Made by a program: the position numbers and the translations under genes. Below are positions 29,428 through 38,972 of a DNA stretch of 64,000 nucleotides, piece after piece (position 1 is the first letter of the stretch; each line of letters opens with the position of its first letter). The notes below the pieces were generated by a model that worked only from the letters and a program-made list of their open reading frames with translations, was not told the origin of the DNA and did no database searches. The DNA is from Candidatus Woesearchaeota archaeon (lineage in GTDB: Archaea > Nanobdellota > Nanobdellia > Woesearchaeales > WAPY01): contig JBNAUL010000001.1 in NCBI GenBank assembly GCA_049700835.1, positions 182,043 through 246,042 of the forward strand, given 5' to 3'.

Positions 29428-30579
29428 CTAAATTGCTAAAATTCCGAGAACATCCAAAACCTGATAAATTATCCCAAATATGAACAAGAGCACCAATGCT
29501 GCGTCAATAATAGCATTGCCCTTTATTGAAAATTCAGGTTTTTTGTCTCCAAACTTAAGGGCTTTTCTGTGCATGAAAACTATTAAAATTCCAACAATTC
29601 CTCCTGTTACAGCACCTGTTACAGAGATTATTTCTATGAAGTTTTTTATTCCAGATAAAAACAATAACAGAGGGATGAAGAGAGCCAAGAACCAAGCCAA
29701 CTTATTGTTTAATTTAAAATCATAAATGTACATCTCTTTTAATGCAAGCCCTAAAGCCAAAAAACTGGTAGTTATTGTTGTTAATCCCATGAGCAGCCCA
29801 ATCTTAACTGCTATCGGGTTCACGAAATTTATCAGCCCTGTAAAAGCATTCTCTGTTGTTAAACTGCCTGAAACCCCAACAATCAGCAAGGAAAAAATTA
29901 TGTAAACAATCATTGGTACCAAACTTCCAATAATTATTGCGTTTTTTAAGAGTTTTTTCTCGTTGTTAACCTCTTCAAGCATCTCTGGAAGAGCAACCTC
30001 TCCTAAAAATGCGAAAAGCACAACTCCATAAGGTATAAAGAATTTTTTCATGTTTATGCTGCTTAAATTAACAAAATTGATTTTTGGAATGCAAATGAAA
30101 GCAAGTAGAGTTACTATTCCGAGCAGAAGAAACATCATTACCAATTCAGAACGCTCAACAACATTAAGCCCAAAATAGACCATAAGGGCAATAACAGAAA
30201 AGACAACTATGCTGAAAACAAGAGGGCTGAAACCCAAGATTGTGTTTGCAAAAAGCTCTGACAAAAACTCACCACTCATTATTAGATATGCAGTTATTGC
30301 TCCGTAAATAGCGAATATCATGTATATAGTCATAAATATTTTTCCCTTTATTCCCAAATATTTTTCAGCATAGCCTGTAAGTTGATGTGTTTCCTTTGTT
30401 CTAAGCAAAATCTCTCCTAAATACAGGTGAACTATTAAGAAGAGAATTCCGATTATTACTATATTCAAAAGCCCAGTTAAAAAACCGGCTCTTGAAACAA
30501 CATAGGGAATTCCTAAAATTCCTGCCCCTATGATGCATCCAGTCAGAGTTGCTGTTGCTTCCAAAAGTCTTCTGTTCAT
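29428..30579 (-). CDS. Amino acid permease (aromatic amino acid / HAAAP-like)
   Basis: GCIIGAGILGIPY, PYGVVLFAF, TTSFLALG; ~11 TMs. Confidence 0.88.
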   Translation of the reverse strand: MNRRLLEATATLTGCIIGAGILGIPYVVSRAGFLTGLLNIVIIGILFLIVHLYLGEILLRTKETHQLTGYAEKYLGIKGKIFMTIYMIFAIYGAITAYLIMSGEFLSELFANTILGFSPLVFSIVVFSVIALMVYFGLNVVERSELVMMFLLLGIVTLLAFICIPKINFVNLSSINMKKFFIPYGVVLFAFLGEVALPEMLEEVNNEKKLLKNAIIIGSLVPMIVYIIFSLLIVGVSGSLTTENAFTGLINFVNPIAVKIGLLMGLTTITTSFLALGLALKEMYIYDFKLNNKLAWFLALFIPLLLFLSGIKNFIEIISVTGAVTGGIVGILIVFMHRKALKFGDKKPEFSIKGNAIIDAALVLLFIFGIIYQVLDVLGILAI

Positions 30580-30599
30580 AAAAAAACCTTTTTTATTAG

Positions 30600-30711
30600 T
30601 GGGGACACAGGGATTTGAACCCTGATTGGTCGGTTTCTTCTTTCATCGCGAAAAGCTCAAAGCTCCAAAAAACTGGAGCCGACTGTTCTAGCCAGGTTGA
30701 ACTATGTCCCC
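30600..30711 (-). tRNA. tRNA-Trp(CCA) with 38-nt intron at 37/38 (30635-30672)
   Basis: GGGGACA/TGTCCCC+A, anticodon stem GTCGG/CCGAC, CCA at 30676-30674, T arm CAGGG-TTCAAAT-CCCTG. Confidence 0.94.
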
Positions 30712-30756
30712 GTTAAAAAATTAAAATAGGGTTTTGTTTTTTAAATCTTTCTGATA

Positions 30757-31107
30757 CTAGTAAAATTTAAACTTTTCCCCAACTTTGATGTTCTTAAAAG
30801 CATTTATTGCTTCCTTTTCAGCAAATTCCAAAACAAACTTTGCCTTATACTTTGGAGTGTAAAATGTAAAAGGTTTCAAGATTTTTTTCTCAACAACAAA
30901 CATTTTCTTGTCAAGAAAAACAACAAGAATTGGATAGAAAACAAAGAGCATGTGCAAGCTTATCCTCTTTTCGCAATCGAAAACAAAAAGGAGATTTTTT
31001 TTCTTTGAAAACATCAAACCCAAAAATTTTTTTAAAACGCTGCTGCAAACAATAACTCTTGCAGTTCTGTTCATGCGTTCCACATTTATTTTTCTAACTG
31101 AACTCAT
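30757..31107 (-). CDS. DUF192 family protein
   Basis: GLMF, LLFVF, HMLFVFYPI, FVLE motifs. Confidence 0.82.
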   Translation of the reverse strand: MSSVRKINVERMNRTARVIVCSSVLKKFLGLMFSKKKNLLFVFDCEKRISLHMLFVFYPILVVFLDKKMFVVEKKILKPFTFYTPKYKAKFVLEFAEKEAINAFKNIKVGEKFKFY

Positions 31108-31277
31108 CTTGCTAAAGTTTTCATTTTTAATAAAAAATTGAAATAATCGCTTTTATGTTATAAATTTTTAGTAAGTTTTTTAAATAAGCGTTGAACACAT
31201 TATTATTTTTATTGCATTCATAATTTTTATAAATAACCTTCATAAAAGCTTTATAAAAGCGTGTTAAGGTTGGGATT

Positions 31278-31598
31278 ATGGACAAGAAACTAATAAAGGA
31301 CTCCTTGGAATTGAGCAAACTGGCAGAAAGAATAACCAAAAACAACAATTTGGAAGATATTTCAAATATACTCTTGATATGCAGAGAATCAATAATAAGA
31401 TTGAGTAGGAATCCAGGGCAGGTTGAAAACCAAATAATGAAACTGCTTTTGGACATGCAAAACCATGCTGAGAACCTTTTGGCAGAAGGGCAACACAAGG
31501 CAAAAAATCCTGATGGGAAGAGAGCAGAATACATTTTGAAGGATGCTAATGAAATTAAAAAATTAGTAGTTAGTTACATAGAAAAGAATTTCTCATAA
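31278..31598 (+). CDS. Hypothetical helical protein
   Basis: 106-aa ORF with TATA-like CTTTATAAA ~25 nt upstream; genome-like codon usage. Confidence 0.6.
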   Translation: MDKKLIKDSLELSKLAERITKNNNLEDISNILLICRESIIRLSRNPGQVENQIMKLLLDMQNHAENLLAEGQHKAKNPDGKRAEYILKDANEIKKLVVSYIEKNFS

Positions 31599-31614
31599 GA
31601 ATTTTGAAAGAATT

Positions 31615-32019
31615 TTAACCTTTTGTTTCTTTTCTTATGCTCTTTAAAACAATGTTCTTGTTGTTAATATTTGTTATCATTATTAAACCCTGCTTTTTCA
31701 GTTCTTCGAGATACCTGTAAAAAGATGCCTTTGAACAATACGAAAGCTGATCCACGATGAAATACTTTAAGTCAGGAAGTTCAATGCCGTTTTCTTTTAT
31801 TACTTCAAGAATCTTTTTCTTTATTATGTTCTTCCTCTTCTTTCTGAAATTTCTTAGTATTTCGTTCTTTAATCCAGAGTTCTCCTTTTTGAACTCATTC
31901 ATGGCCTCTCTAACAGCTTCTTTTACGAGCTCCTTTTGCATGAGCAGAAAATTGTTTTGGAGCTGAGAATACATTTTCTTTAATTCCTCAATTTCTTTTT
32001 TTATCTCAGACATCCCCAT
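31615..32019 (-). CDS. Hypothetical protein, N-terminal coiled coil + C-terminal winged-helix-like domain
   Basis: Heptad-rich N-terminus; ILEVI...LPDL...SKASFYRYLEELKKQGLI fits a wHTH pattern followed by a beta wing. Confidence 0.75.
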   Translation of the reverse strand: MGMSEIKKEIEELKKMYSQLQNNFLLMQKELVKEAVREAMNEFKKENSGLKNEILRNFRKKRKNIIKKKILEVIKENGIELPDLKYFIVDQLSYCSKASFYRYLEELKKQGLIMITNINNKNIVLKSIRKETKG

Positions 32020-32063
32020 CTTATGCCGTTGTTGTTATTAGAGTTTAAAAAGATTTCTATATT

Positions 32064-32203
32064 TGAGATAGTATTAAGACAGAACTGAGACACCCCTTCA
32101 TTTCCTGTGGAAATCAAAAACAAGAATTTTTCCGACTAAGAAAAAATTTGTAATAAAAGACACCCCATTATTTCCTATGGAAAATTGAGACATAATTGAG
32201 ACA
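32064..32203. other. Candidate replication origin with two ORB elements
   Basis: Minus strand TTTCCACAGGAAATGAAGGGGT (32092-32113) and TTTCCATAGGAAATAATGGGGT (32162-32183) match the TCCA-N-GGAAA + G-string ORB pattern; AT-rich intergenic context. Confidence 0.8.
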
Positions 32204-32424
32204 AAGTAGAAAATAAAATTTGTTTTTAAAAGTTTAAAAAGTACAAGAAAGGAACTCTTTGAACTTAGCATTATAAAATCTTTGTTTTTTTAGAAATTGA
32301 AAAGGAAAAGTTTTTCACTTTAAGATTTATACAAATGTTTATAAGCATTTTATTTTTATTTATAAAAATTGCAAAAAGAATAATAAAACTAAAAAATGAT
32401 AAAATTAAAAAAGGGGTGTTTTCA

Positions 32425-35400
32425 ATGAATAAAAAAACTGCTATAATTATATCTTCAATTATTTTTGCATTATTAATTCTCTTATTTTCCAGAGCAGGAA
32501 ATGCTGCAATGACAATAACACTGAACAGCCCTGCTAATAACACATGGCACAAATCCTTGCCTATCGAATTTAATTATACCCCTATCAGCGATAATGATAG
32601 CGTTATCTTAAATTGCAGTTTAATAACAAATGAAAGTTCTTGGCCTTTCCTAGCACAAAACGATACAGAAATTGAGAACAATACAATCAACACATTTACT
32701 TACAATTTCAGTGGTTCTGAAGGTTATTTTCTTTGGAACGTTCAATGTCATTTAGATTACACAGAAATTTTATATTATGCAAATGAAAACAGAACAGTGA
32801 TGATTGATTATACAAATCCTTCTACCAATGCAACACTTAAAAGTTCTGATGGAAACTTATATACCTCAGGGACTTGGATTAATAGCGAATACATAAATAT
32901 AACTCTTACTTGTCAAGATAATCTTAGCGGTTGTGATAAAATTTATTATTGTACTGATTCTGATAATACTTGCACTCCAACTTCTGAGTATTCAAGTACT
33001 TTTAATGTAAGTGGTGAGGGAATAACTTATGTTAGATTTTATAGTAAGGATGTTGCTGGTAATAGTGAGGTTGTGCAGAATGTTAGTATTAATATAGACA
33101 GAACCTATCCTATTATTGATTTTGTTAGTCCTACCGAGAGTTCTGGTGTTAGTGTTAGTAGGGATTGGGTTGTTGTTAATGTTACTGTTACAGAGTTGAA
33201 TTTAGCAAACTTGACTTATTTCTTGTATAATTCTTCTTCTTTGGTTAATGCGACGACTTTTTCAAACATAAGTATGGTGAATTTTACTGGTTTGGGAGAT
33301 GGTGTTTATTTTTATAATGCTTCTGCTTGTGATTTGGCTGGTAATTGCAATTATACAACGACAATGAATATTACTTTGGATACAACTCCGCCTGTGACTT
33401 CTGCTTCTGGCAAGTTGCCTGATGATTCTAATTATACTTTTAATACTTGGATTAATGCTGATTATGTAAATATAACTCTTACTTGTCAAGATAATCTTAG
33501 CGGTTGTGATAAAATTTATTATTGTACTGATTCTGATAATACTTGCACTCCAAACCTTAATTATTCAGGGATTATTCCTATACTTAATGAAAGTGTAAGT
33601 TATGTTAGGTTTTACAGCAACGACACTCTTGGCAATGAAGAATCAGTCAAAAACATAACTGTAAAGATAGACAGAACTCAACCATTGATCACGCATATTG
33701 AATTACAACCTGAATTAAGTTATTACGGGCCTTCTGTAAGCAATTTGGTTTTATTGGTAAACTTCACAGATGAAACTTCAGGGGTTAATTTTTGCAATTA
33801 CACAATATATTATCCAAATGCAACTCCATACCTTGAAAATCAGGATACAGATAATGACAATGGAATTTCAGGCCAGGCAAATGGAACATTTCCAATGCCT
33901 AATCTGACAGGAATTTATGCAATAAACATTACATGTTATGATGCTGCTGGTTTGTTTGTTCAAAATTCAACAACATTTAACTTAGACCTTGAAAATCCAA
34001 TTGCAGAGTTGGCATTATTGCCTACTTATGTTAATGGAATTGTTGAAATAAACGGAACAGCAAATGACAATCAAAATTTATTTAATTACACAATAAACAT
34101 TATAAATTCAACCTCAGGTGTTGTTTTAACCTATACAAACGACACAGCAAAAAATAATGAATTACTGCACTCCTTTAACTCTTCAGCGTTTGAAAACGGG
34201 CTTTACACAATACAATTAATAGTTTACGATTCTGCAGGCAATTATAATGAAACAAATATTACTACAACAATTGATAATGAACCTCCAACCACAACTTGCA
34301 CAGCAGATGATTTGTGGCATAATAGTGATATGACTATTTACTTAATTGCCATCGATGCTTTGTCAGGGGTAAATGTCACTTATTATTGCACAGGAGAAAA
34401 TTGCACTCCAACAAATGTTTATGATAATCTGACAGGAATTGATATAACATCTGAAGGCACTACTGCAATAAAATACTATTCCATTGATAATCTTAACAAT
34501 GCAGAAACAACAAAAAATTGCAGCGTCAAGATAGACAAGACAAAACCAACAACATCTGACAATGTTCCTGATGGATGGCAGAATGCTCCTTATAACGTAA
34601 CAATCATTCCGCAAGATGGTTTGTCAGGAGTGAATTATACAACATACTGCTTAGATGGGAATTGCAACAATGTTTCAGGAACTTTAGAATTTAACATAGA
34701 AATAAATACCTCTGGAAATCATACAATACAGTATTTTTCAGTAGATAATGCAGGAAATATTCAGGACAATGTTACAAAATACGCTGCTTTGGATTTGAAT
34801 GCGCCAAAAATAAACTCCGCATGGTTAGGAGAACCAGATATATTTTATTCTCCTTATCCTGAAAACAGCATAATAACAATTTATGCAAACATAACAGATG
34901 AACATTCAGGAATTAAAAATGTGCTTGCAAACTTTTCAGGTCTAAGTTGCGGAGAAAAAAATATGACTTATAATTCAAGTTCAGGGCTTTATGAAACAAG
35001 CTGCGATGCGAGTTATGACGCTGAAACTAAGAACTTTGAAAATGTTATTCTTAAAATAATAGCTTATGACAATGTGGAGAATGAACAAGAAACACAACTA
35101 TTGACCATTCTTTACAACATGACAACATTTGAATTTGAAAATCCTAATTGCTTCAGGCACGGCTCATTATCAACTAATTTCTCGCAACAACTTGATTTCA
35201 ACTCAGTTAATTTCATAGCAGACATTGAGATGAACCTAAGCTGTTTCGGGTTTGATGTTGGTTGGATGAAAGTAGCAACATTGAACTTTTCAACTCTTAA
35301 TTTTTCAGATCCGAGCATTGGTTCAAAACTTGCGAATTTGGCAAATGCGATAAACGTAACTCCAAAACTTCCAAGAGAACTTGGAGATGCAAGAATAGAC

Positions 35401-36888
35401 ATAAACACAACAGCATTTGCAGAACTTAACACGAATACCACGATAACTCTTTACAACCTGCCTTTTGCTTCACAGCCAAACATAACAGCAGACAATTCCT
35501 CAAAACAGGGTTCAATACGAGTAATCTCTTGGGAACCTTTCTTGATGCCATTTTTATACAACGGTTCTTTGATAGGAATACTAGGAGGAAACTTGACATT
35601 TGCGGTTGAGGGCTTTTCAGGTTACAACATAACAGAGAACATTGCTCCGACAATAAACATAACCATACCTGAAAACGGATCTTTGACAAGAAGTCCTTTT
35701 GTAAACATAACTGCAAATGGAACAGGAACAGAAATTAGCAAGGTTGTTCTGACAGTAAATGGAACAACATACTATTACAATTCCTCTGTACAAGATATTG
35801 AATGCGTTCCAATATCAGAAGGTTCAGACATATTCTACTGCGCAATAAACCTTACATCTCTGCCTGATGGAAATCATACAATAAACATAACTGCATACGA
35901 TTATGGGGGAACATCTGGAAACAGCGTAACAGGAAGTGCAGTTTTTGAATTGGACAAGACAGCCCCTGTAATAATCTTCTCGTTGAGCACCGCAACAGTT
36001 TATGTAGGTCAAACAATAACAGCAACATGCACAGCAACTGATGCAAGGGACGGAACAATAACACCAACATATACCGTTAATCCAAGCACTTCCACAGCAG
36101 GAACATTCACAACAACATGCACTGCAACAGATGCTGCTGGAAACACAGCAATATCTTCATTGACATACACTGTTAACAATTGGCCTTCAGGAGGCGGCAG
36201 TTCAGGAGGAACAGGAGTGATTGTTCCGACTGCATCAATGATTTGGGCAGTTTTGGAAGAAAACAGCGAGAAAACATTCAATGTTGCAAACAAGGATATT
36301 GATGTCACAGAATTTTCATTGAGCATTAAAAAGGCATCTTCCAATGTGATGATAAAAATAAAGAAACTCGGTTCAAAACCAAGCATTGTTCCAGAACTAA
36401 AGAATGCATACAGTTATTTGGAGATTGAAAAAACAAACTTGCAGGAAGATAATATAAACAGGATAAAGATAAAATTCAAAGTATCCAAGAAATGGTTGAA
36501 TGAAAAAGGGATTGCAAAGCAGGACATAACGCTCAATCATTACAAAAACAACAAGTGGAATGAACTCCCTACAACAATAAAATCAGAGGACTCTGAGTTT
36601 GTCTATTATGAGGCAGAAACAAGCAGTTTAAGCTACTTTGCAATTGCACAAACATCAAAACCAACTATGCCAACAACAACTCCAACTCCAACTGTAACTC
36701 CAACTCAAATACCAACACAAACACCAACACCAACAGAAACTCCTGAACAAACTCCAATGAAAACACAAACGCCTGTTAAAGAAGGAGAAAAATTGAGTGA
36801 TAAAACTTCGTTGTTGATTTTAGTTGTGCTTATTGTTGTTTTGTTGCTGCTTACATACCTGATTTATAGGAAGAAGGCATTTGTCTAA
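32425..36888 (+). CDS. Large surface glycoprotein with Ig-like repeats, PGF-pre-PGF-like domain, Thr/Pro linker and C-terminal TM
   Basis: Signal peptide after GGGGTG SD; repeated DxAGN / ID.T.P modules; FKVSKKW...WNELPT...YYEAET..LSYFAI; TPTP linker; TM plus basic tail. Confidence 0.87.
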   Translation: MNKKTAIIISSIIFALLILLFSRAGNAAMTITLNSPANNTWHKSLPIEFNYTPISDNDSVILNCSLITNESSWPFLAQNDTEIENNTINTFTYNFSGSEGYFLWNVQCHLDYTEILYYANENRTVMIDYTNPSTNATLKSSDGNLYTSGTWINSEYINITLTCQDNLSGCDKIYYCTDSDNTCTPTSEYSSTFNVSGEGITYVRFYSKDVAGNSEVVQNVSINIDRTYPIIDFVSPTESSGVSVSRDWVVVNVTVTELNLANLTYFLYNSSSLVNATTFSNISMVNFTGLGDGVYFYNASACDLAGNCNYTTTMNITLDTTPPVTSASGKLPDDSNYTFNTWINADYVNITLTCQDNLSGCDKIYYCTDSDNTCTPNLNYSGIIPILNESVSYVRFYSNDTLGNEESVKNITVKIDRTQPLITHIELQPELSYYGPSVSNLVLLVNFTDETSGVNFCNYTIYYPNATPYLENQDTDNDNGISGQANGTFPMPNLTGIYAINITCYDAAGLFVQNSTTFNLDLENPIAELALLPTYVNGIVEINGTANDNQNLFNYTINIINSTSGVVLTYTNDTAKNNELLHSFNSSAFENGLYTIQLIVYDSAGNYNETNITTTIDNEPPTTTCTADDLWHNSDMTIYLIAIDALSGVNVTYYCTGENCTPTNVYDNLTGIDITSEGTTAIKYYSIDNLNNAETTKNCSVKIDKTKPTTSDNVPDGWQNAPYNVTIIPQDGLSGVNYTTYCLDGNCNNVSGTLEFNIEINTSGNHTIQYFSVDNAGNIQDNVTKYAALDLNAPKINSAWLGEPDIFYSPYPENSIITIYANITDEHSGIKNVLANFSGLSCGEKNMTYNSSSGLYETSCDASYDAETKNFENVILKIIAYDNVENEQETQLLTILYNMTTFEFENPNCFRHGSLSTNFSQQLDFNSVNFIADIEMNLSCFGFDVGWMKVATLNFSTLNFSDPSIGSKLANLANAINVTPKLPRELGDARIDINTTAFAELNTNTTITLYNLPFASQPNITADNSSKQGSIRVISWEPFLMPFLYNGSLIGILGGNLTFAVEGFSGYNITENIAPTINITIPENGSLTRSPFVNITANGTGTEISKVVLTVNGTTYYYNSSVQDIECVPISEGSDIFYCAINLTSLPDGNHTINITAYDYGGTSGNSVTGSAVFELDKTAPVIIFSLSTATVYVGQTITATCTATDARDGTITPTYTVNPSTSTAGTFTTTCTATDAAGNTAISSLTYTVNNWPSGGGSSGGTGVIVPTASMIWAVLEENSEKTFNVANKDIDVTEFSLSIKKASSNVMIKIKKLGSKPSIVPELKNAYSYLEIEKTNLQEDNINRIKIKFKVSKKWLNEKGIAKQDITLNHYKNNKWNELPTTIKSEDSEFVYYEAETSSLSYFAIAQTSKPTMPTTTPTPTVTPTQIPTQTPTPTETPEQTPMKTQTPVKEGEKLSDKTSLLILVVLIVVLLLLTYLIYRKKAFV
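32894..33553 (+). repeat. 87-bp exact direct repeat pair (32894-32980 and 33467-33553)
   Basis: Both copies encode NITLTCQDNLSGCDKIYYCTDSDNTCTP with identical DNA. Confidence 0.92.
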
Positions 36889-37209
36889 AACTGAACAAAA
36901 ATTCTTTATTTTAATTTTTTATTTTTTTAAGTTGAATAAATAAATTTCTCTTAATCAAATATAAAGTTTAGCAAAAGATATTCCAATAAAAGATAAACAA
37001 ATAACATTATTTTAATTCATTTTAATTTTTAGATTTCTTAACTCTGTTTTTAAATCTTTTTAATGTTAGAGTTTTAGATAATGTAAAGTATGTTATTCAA
37101 AGACACTTAGATATTTGCAAAGAAAACTTTAAGAAATGATTATTAAAAATATTGCCAAAATCCTGTTTTTACCTAATAATTTAAATACAGGAAGGATTTT
37201 CCAATTTTT

Positions 37210-37812
37210 ATGAAATTGCTCTGTTTTTCAGACATACACGGCGATATAAAGTCATTAAAGAGAATTGTTCTATATTCAAAGAATGTTGATTTGGTTATTT
37301 GCGCAGGGGATTTTACAGATTTCGGCAGTAAAATAAAAGGAATTCTAAAAATGCTAAATGCTTCAAGAGCAAGGGTTTTGATTATTCCTGGAAATCATGA
37401 GGAACCAAAAACCCTTGAGAGGTTGTGCAGTAGTTTTAAGAACATTTCGTATTTTCACAAGAAGCATGAAATCATAAACAACATGCTGTTCATAGGTTAT
37501 GGAACAGGAGGTTTTGCCATCAGAGATCCTGAGTTTGTAAATTTTGCAGGAAAACTAAAGAATGTTTTGCTAAAGAACAAAAAAATGTTTAAGATTTTAA
37601 TAACCCATGCTCCTCCATTTGATTCAGGAATAGATTTTATAGACGATGCTGAAAGAATGCCCTTAGGCAATAAGGACATAAGAAACTTTTTGCTAAAGAA
37701 TAAAATAGATGTCTGCATTTCAGGGCATTTTCACGAAACAGCAGGAATATTTGGCTATCTTGGCAATACCCTTGTTATTAACCCCGGAGAATTCTTTGTA
37801 TTGGAAGTATAA
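37210..37812 (+). CDS. Calcineurin-like metallophosphoesterase
   Basis: SDIHG, AGDFTD, PGNHE, THAPP, GHFHE, NPG. Confidence 0.92.
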   Translation: MKLLCFSDIHGDIKSLKRIVLYSKNVDLVICAGDFTDFGSKIKGILKMLNASRARVLIIPGNHEEPKTLERLCSSFKNISYFHKKHEIINNMLFIGYGTGGFAIRDPEFVNFAGKLKNVLLKNKKMFKILITHAPPFDSGIDFIDDAERMPLGNKDIRNFLLKNKIDVCISGHFHETAGIFGYLGNTLVINPGEFFVLEV

Positions 37813-37871
37813 TAGAGTTTATTTTCATAAAATTTATTAATCAAATGATTTTATTAAGGAATATTGGCATT

Positions 37872-38774
37872 ATGGAAAACAAATTGACAAAAAATTGCAG
37901 GATGCTTGTCATTGCACTCCCATTCATCTTTTTCGTTTTAATCTTAAATCAAAGAGTAACTGCTCAAACATTGGAGAGTTGCAATTACATCTTCAGAATA
38001 GAGAATAGAAGGGTTTTTGTTGATCTCAAGTACAATTTTTACAGCCCAGAAATGATTGATTTGGATTTGGATTTGCCTGATGATAGCTCAAACATTGAAA
38101 TATTCCTTGACAATCAGCTCGGAAAGATAAGTTTTTTGGACAGGGATGCAAAGAAGATAAAGATAAGAAGGACGATAAGCGAACTTGAGATAAAATATGT
38201 TACAAGAGAGATGTTAAAGGACAAGCTGTTTGTTTCTGAAGTAAGGGTTCCTTACAATTGTTCAAATCTTACAGTGAGAGCAATTCTTTCTCCAGAATAT
38301 GTTCTTGAAAAGCCCATAAGAGGGGAGGATTTTGAGACAGCGACAATCTATCCAAAACCAGACAGAATAGAGAGCGATGGGCAGTCGTTAATTTTTGTCT
38401 GGTTTTTGGGAAGCACAACTAAAAACCAAAATTTTCAGTTTGTGCTTCTTGTAAAGAAGAGGTTTGAAATTATCATTGTTTTGGTTGTTTCAATAATTAT
38501 ATTCGGGGCTGCAATTATTCTATACCTTAAAAAGAAGAGCCCTGTAATTGTAAAGGTAAAAAAAATAGACAAGATGACAGACCACTTGAAAGAAGATGAA
38601 GAGCAAATAATTAACATTTTAAAGCAAAGGGGAGGGGCTTGCGAGCAGGGCACTTTAAGGGTTATAGCGGATATGTCAAAGTCAAACCTAAGTAGGATTT
38701 TAAAGGAACTTGAAGAGAGAAAAATCATTGAAAAACTGAAAAAGGGTAACAAAAATATAATTAAGTTAAAATAA
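37872..38774 (+). CDS. Membrane-anchored protein with extracellular domain and C-terminal winged HTH
   Basis: Signal/TM, beta domain, TM, then LKEDEEQII...QGTL...SKSNLSRILKELEERKII; start codon uncertain. Confidence 0.78.
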   Translation: MENKLTKNCRMLVIALPFIFFVLILNQRVTAQTLESCNYIFRIENRRVFVDLKYNFYSPEMIDLDLDLPDDSSNIEIFLDNQLGKISFLDRDAKKIKIRRTISELEIKYVTREMLKDKLFVSEVRVPYNCSNLTVRAILSPEYVLEKPIRGEDFETATIYPKPDRIESDGQSLIFVWFLGSTTKNQNFQFVLLVKKRFEIIIVLVVSIIIFGAAIILYLKKKSPVIVKVKKIDKMTDHLKEDEEQIINILKQRGGACEQGTLRVIADMSKSNLSRILKELEERKIIEKLKKGNKNIIKLK

Positions 38775-38972
38775 TATATATTGAACCTATTTGAACTTTA
38801 AATATCAATAATATGACTTGTTTTTTAAAAATAAAGCTCAAATTTTAGGGTAAAAAATATATTATTAATTGGTTTTATTACCTCTAAGCAAGCTTTATTT
38901 AGGATTTCACAGCTATATGGCTTGTTTTTTCTTTTTTTTTATTTTTTAGTAATTAAATTTTTATTTTTTTAA

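Noticed and set aside
32089..32183. Mini CRISPR array (two ~25-bp repeats 70 bp apart)
   Set aside because: Only two imperfect copies, no cas genes, and the sequence fits the ORB pattern better
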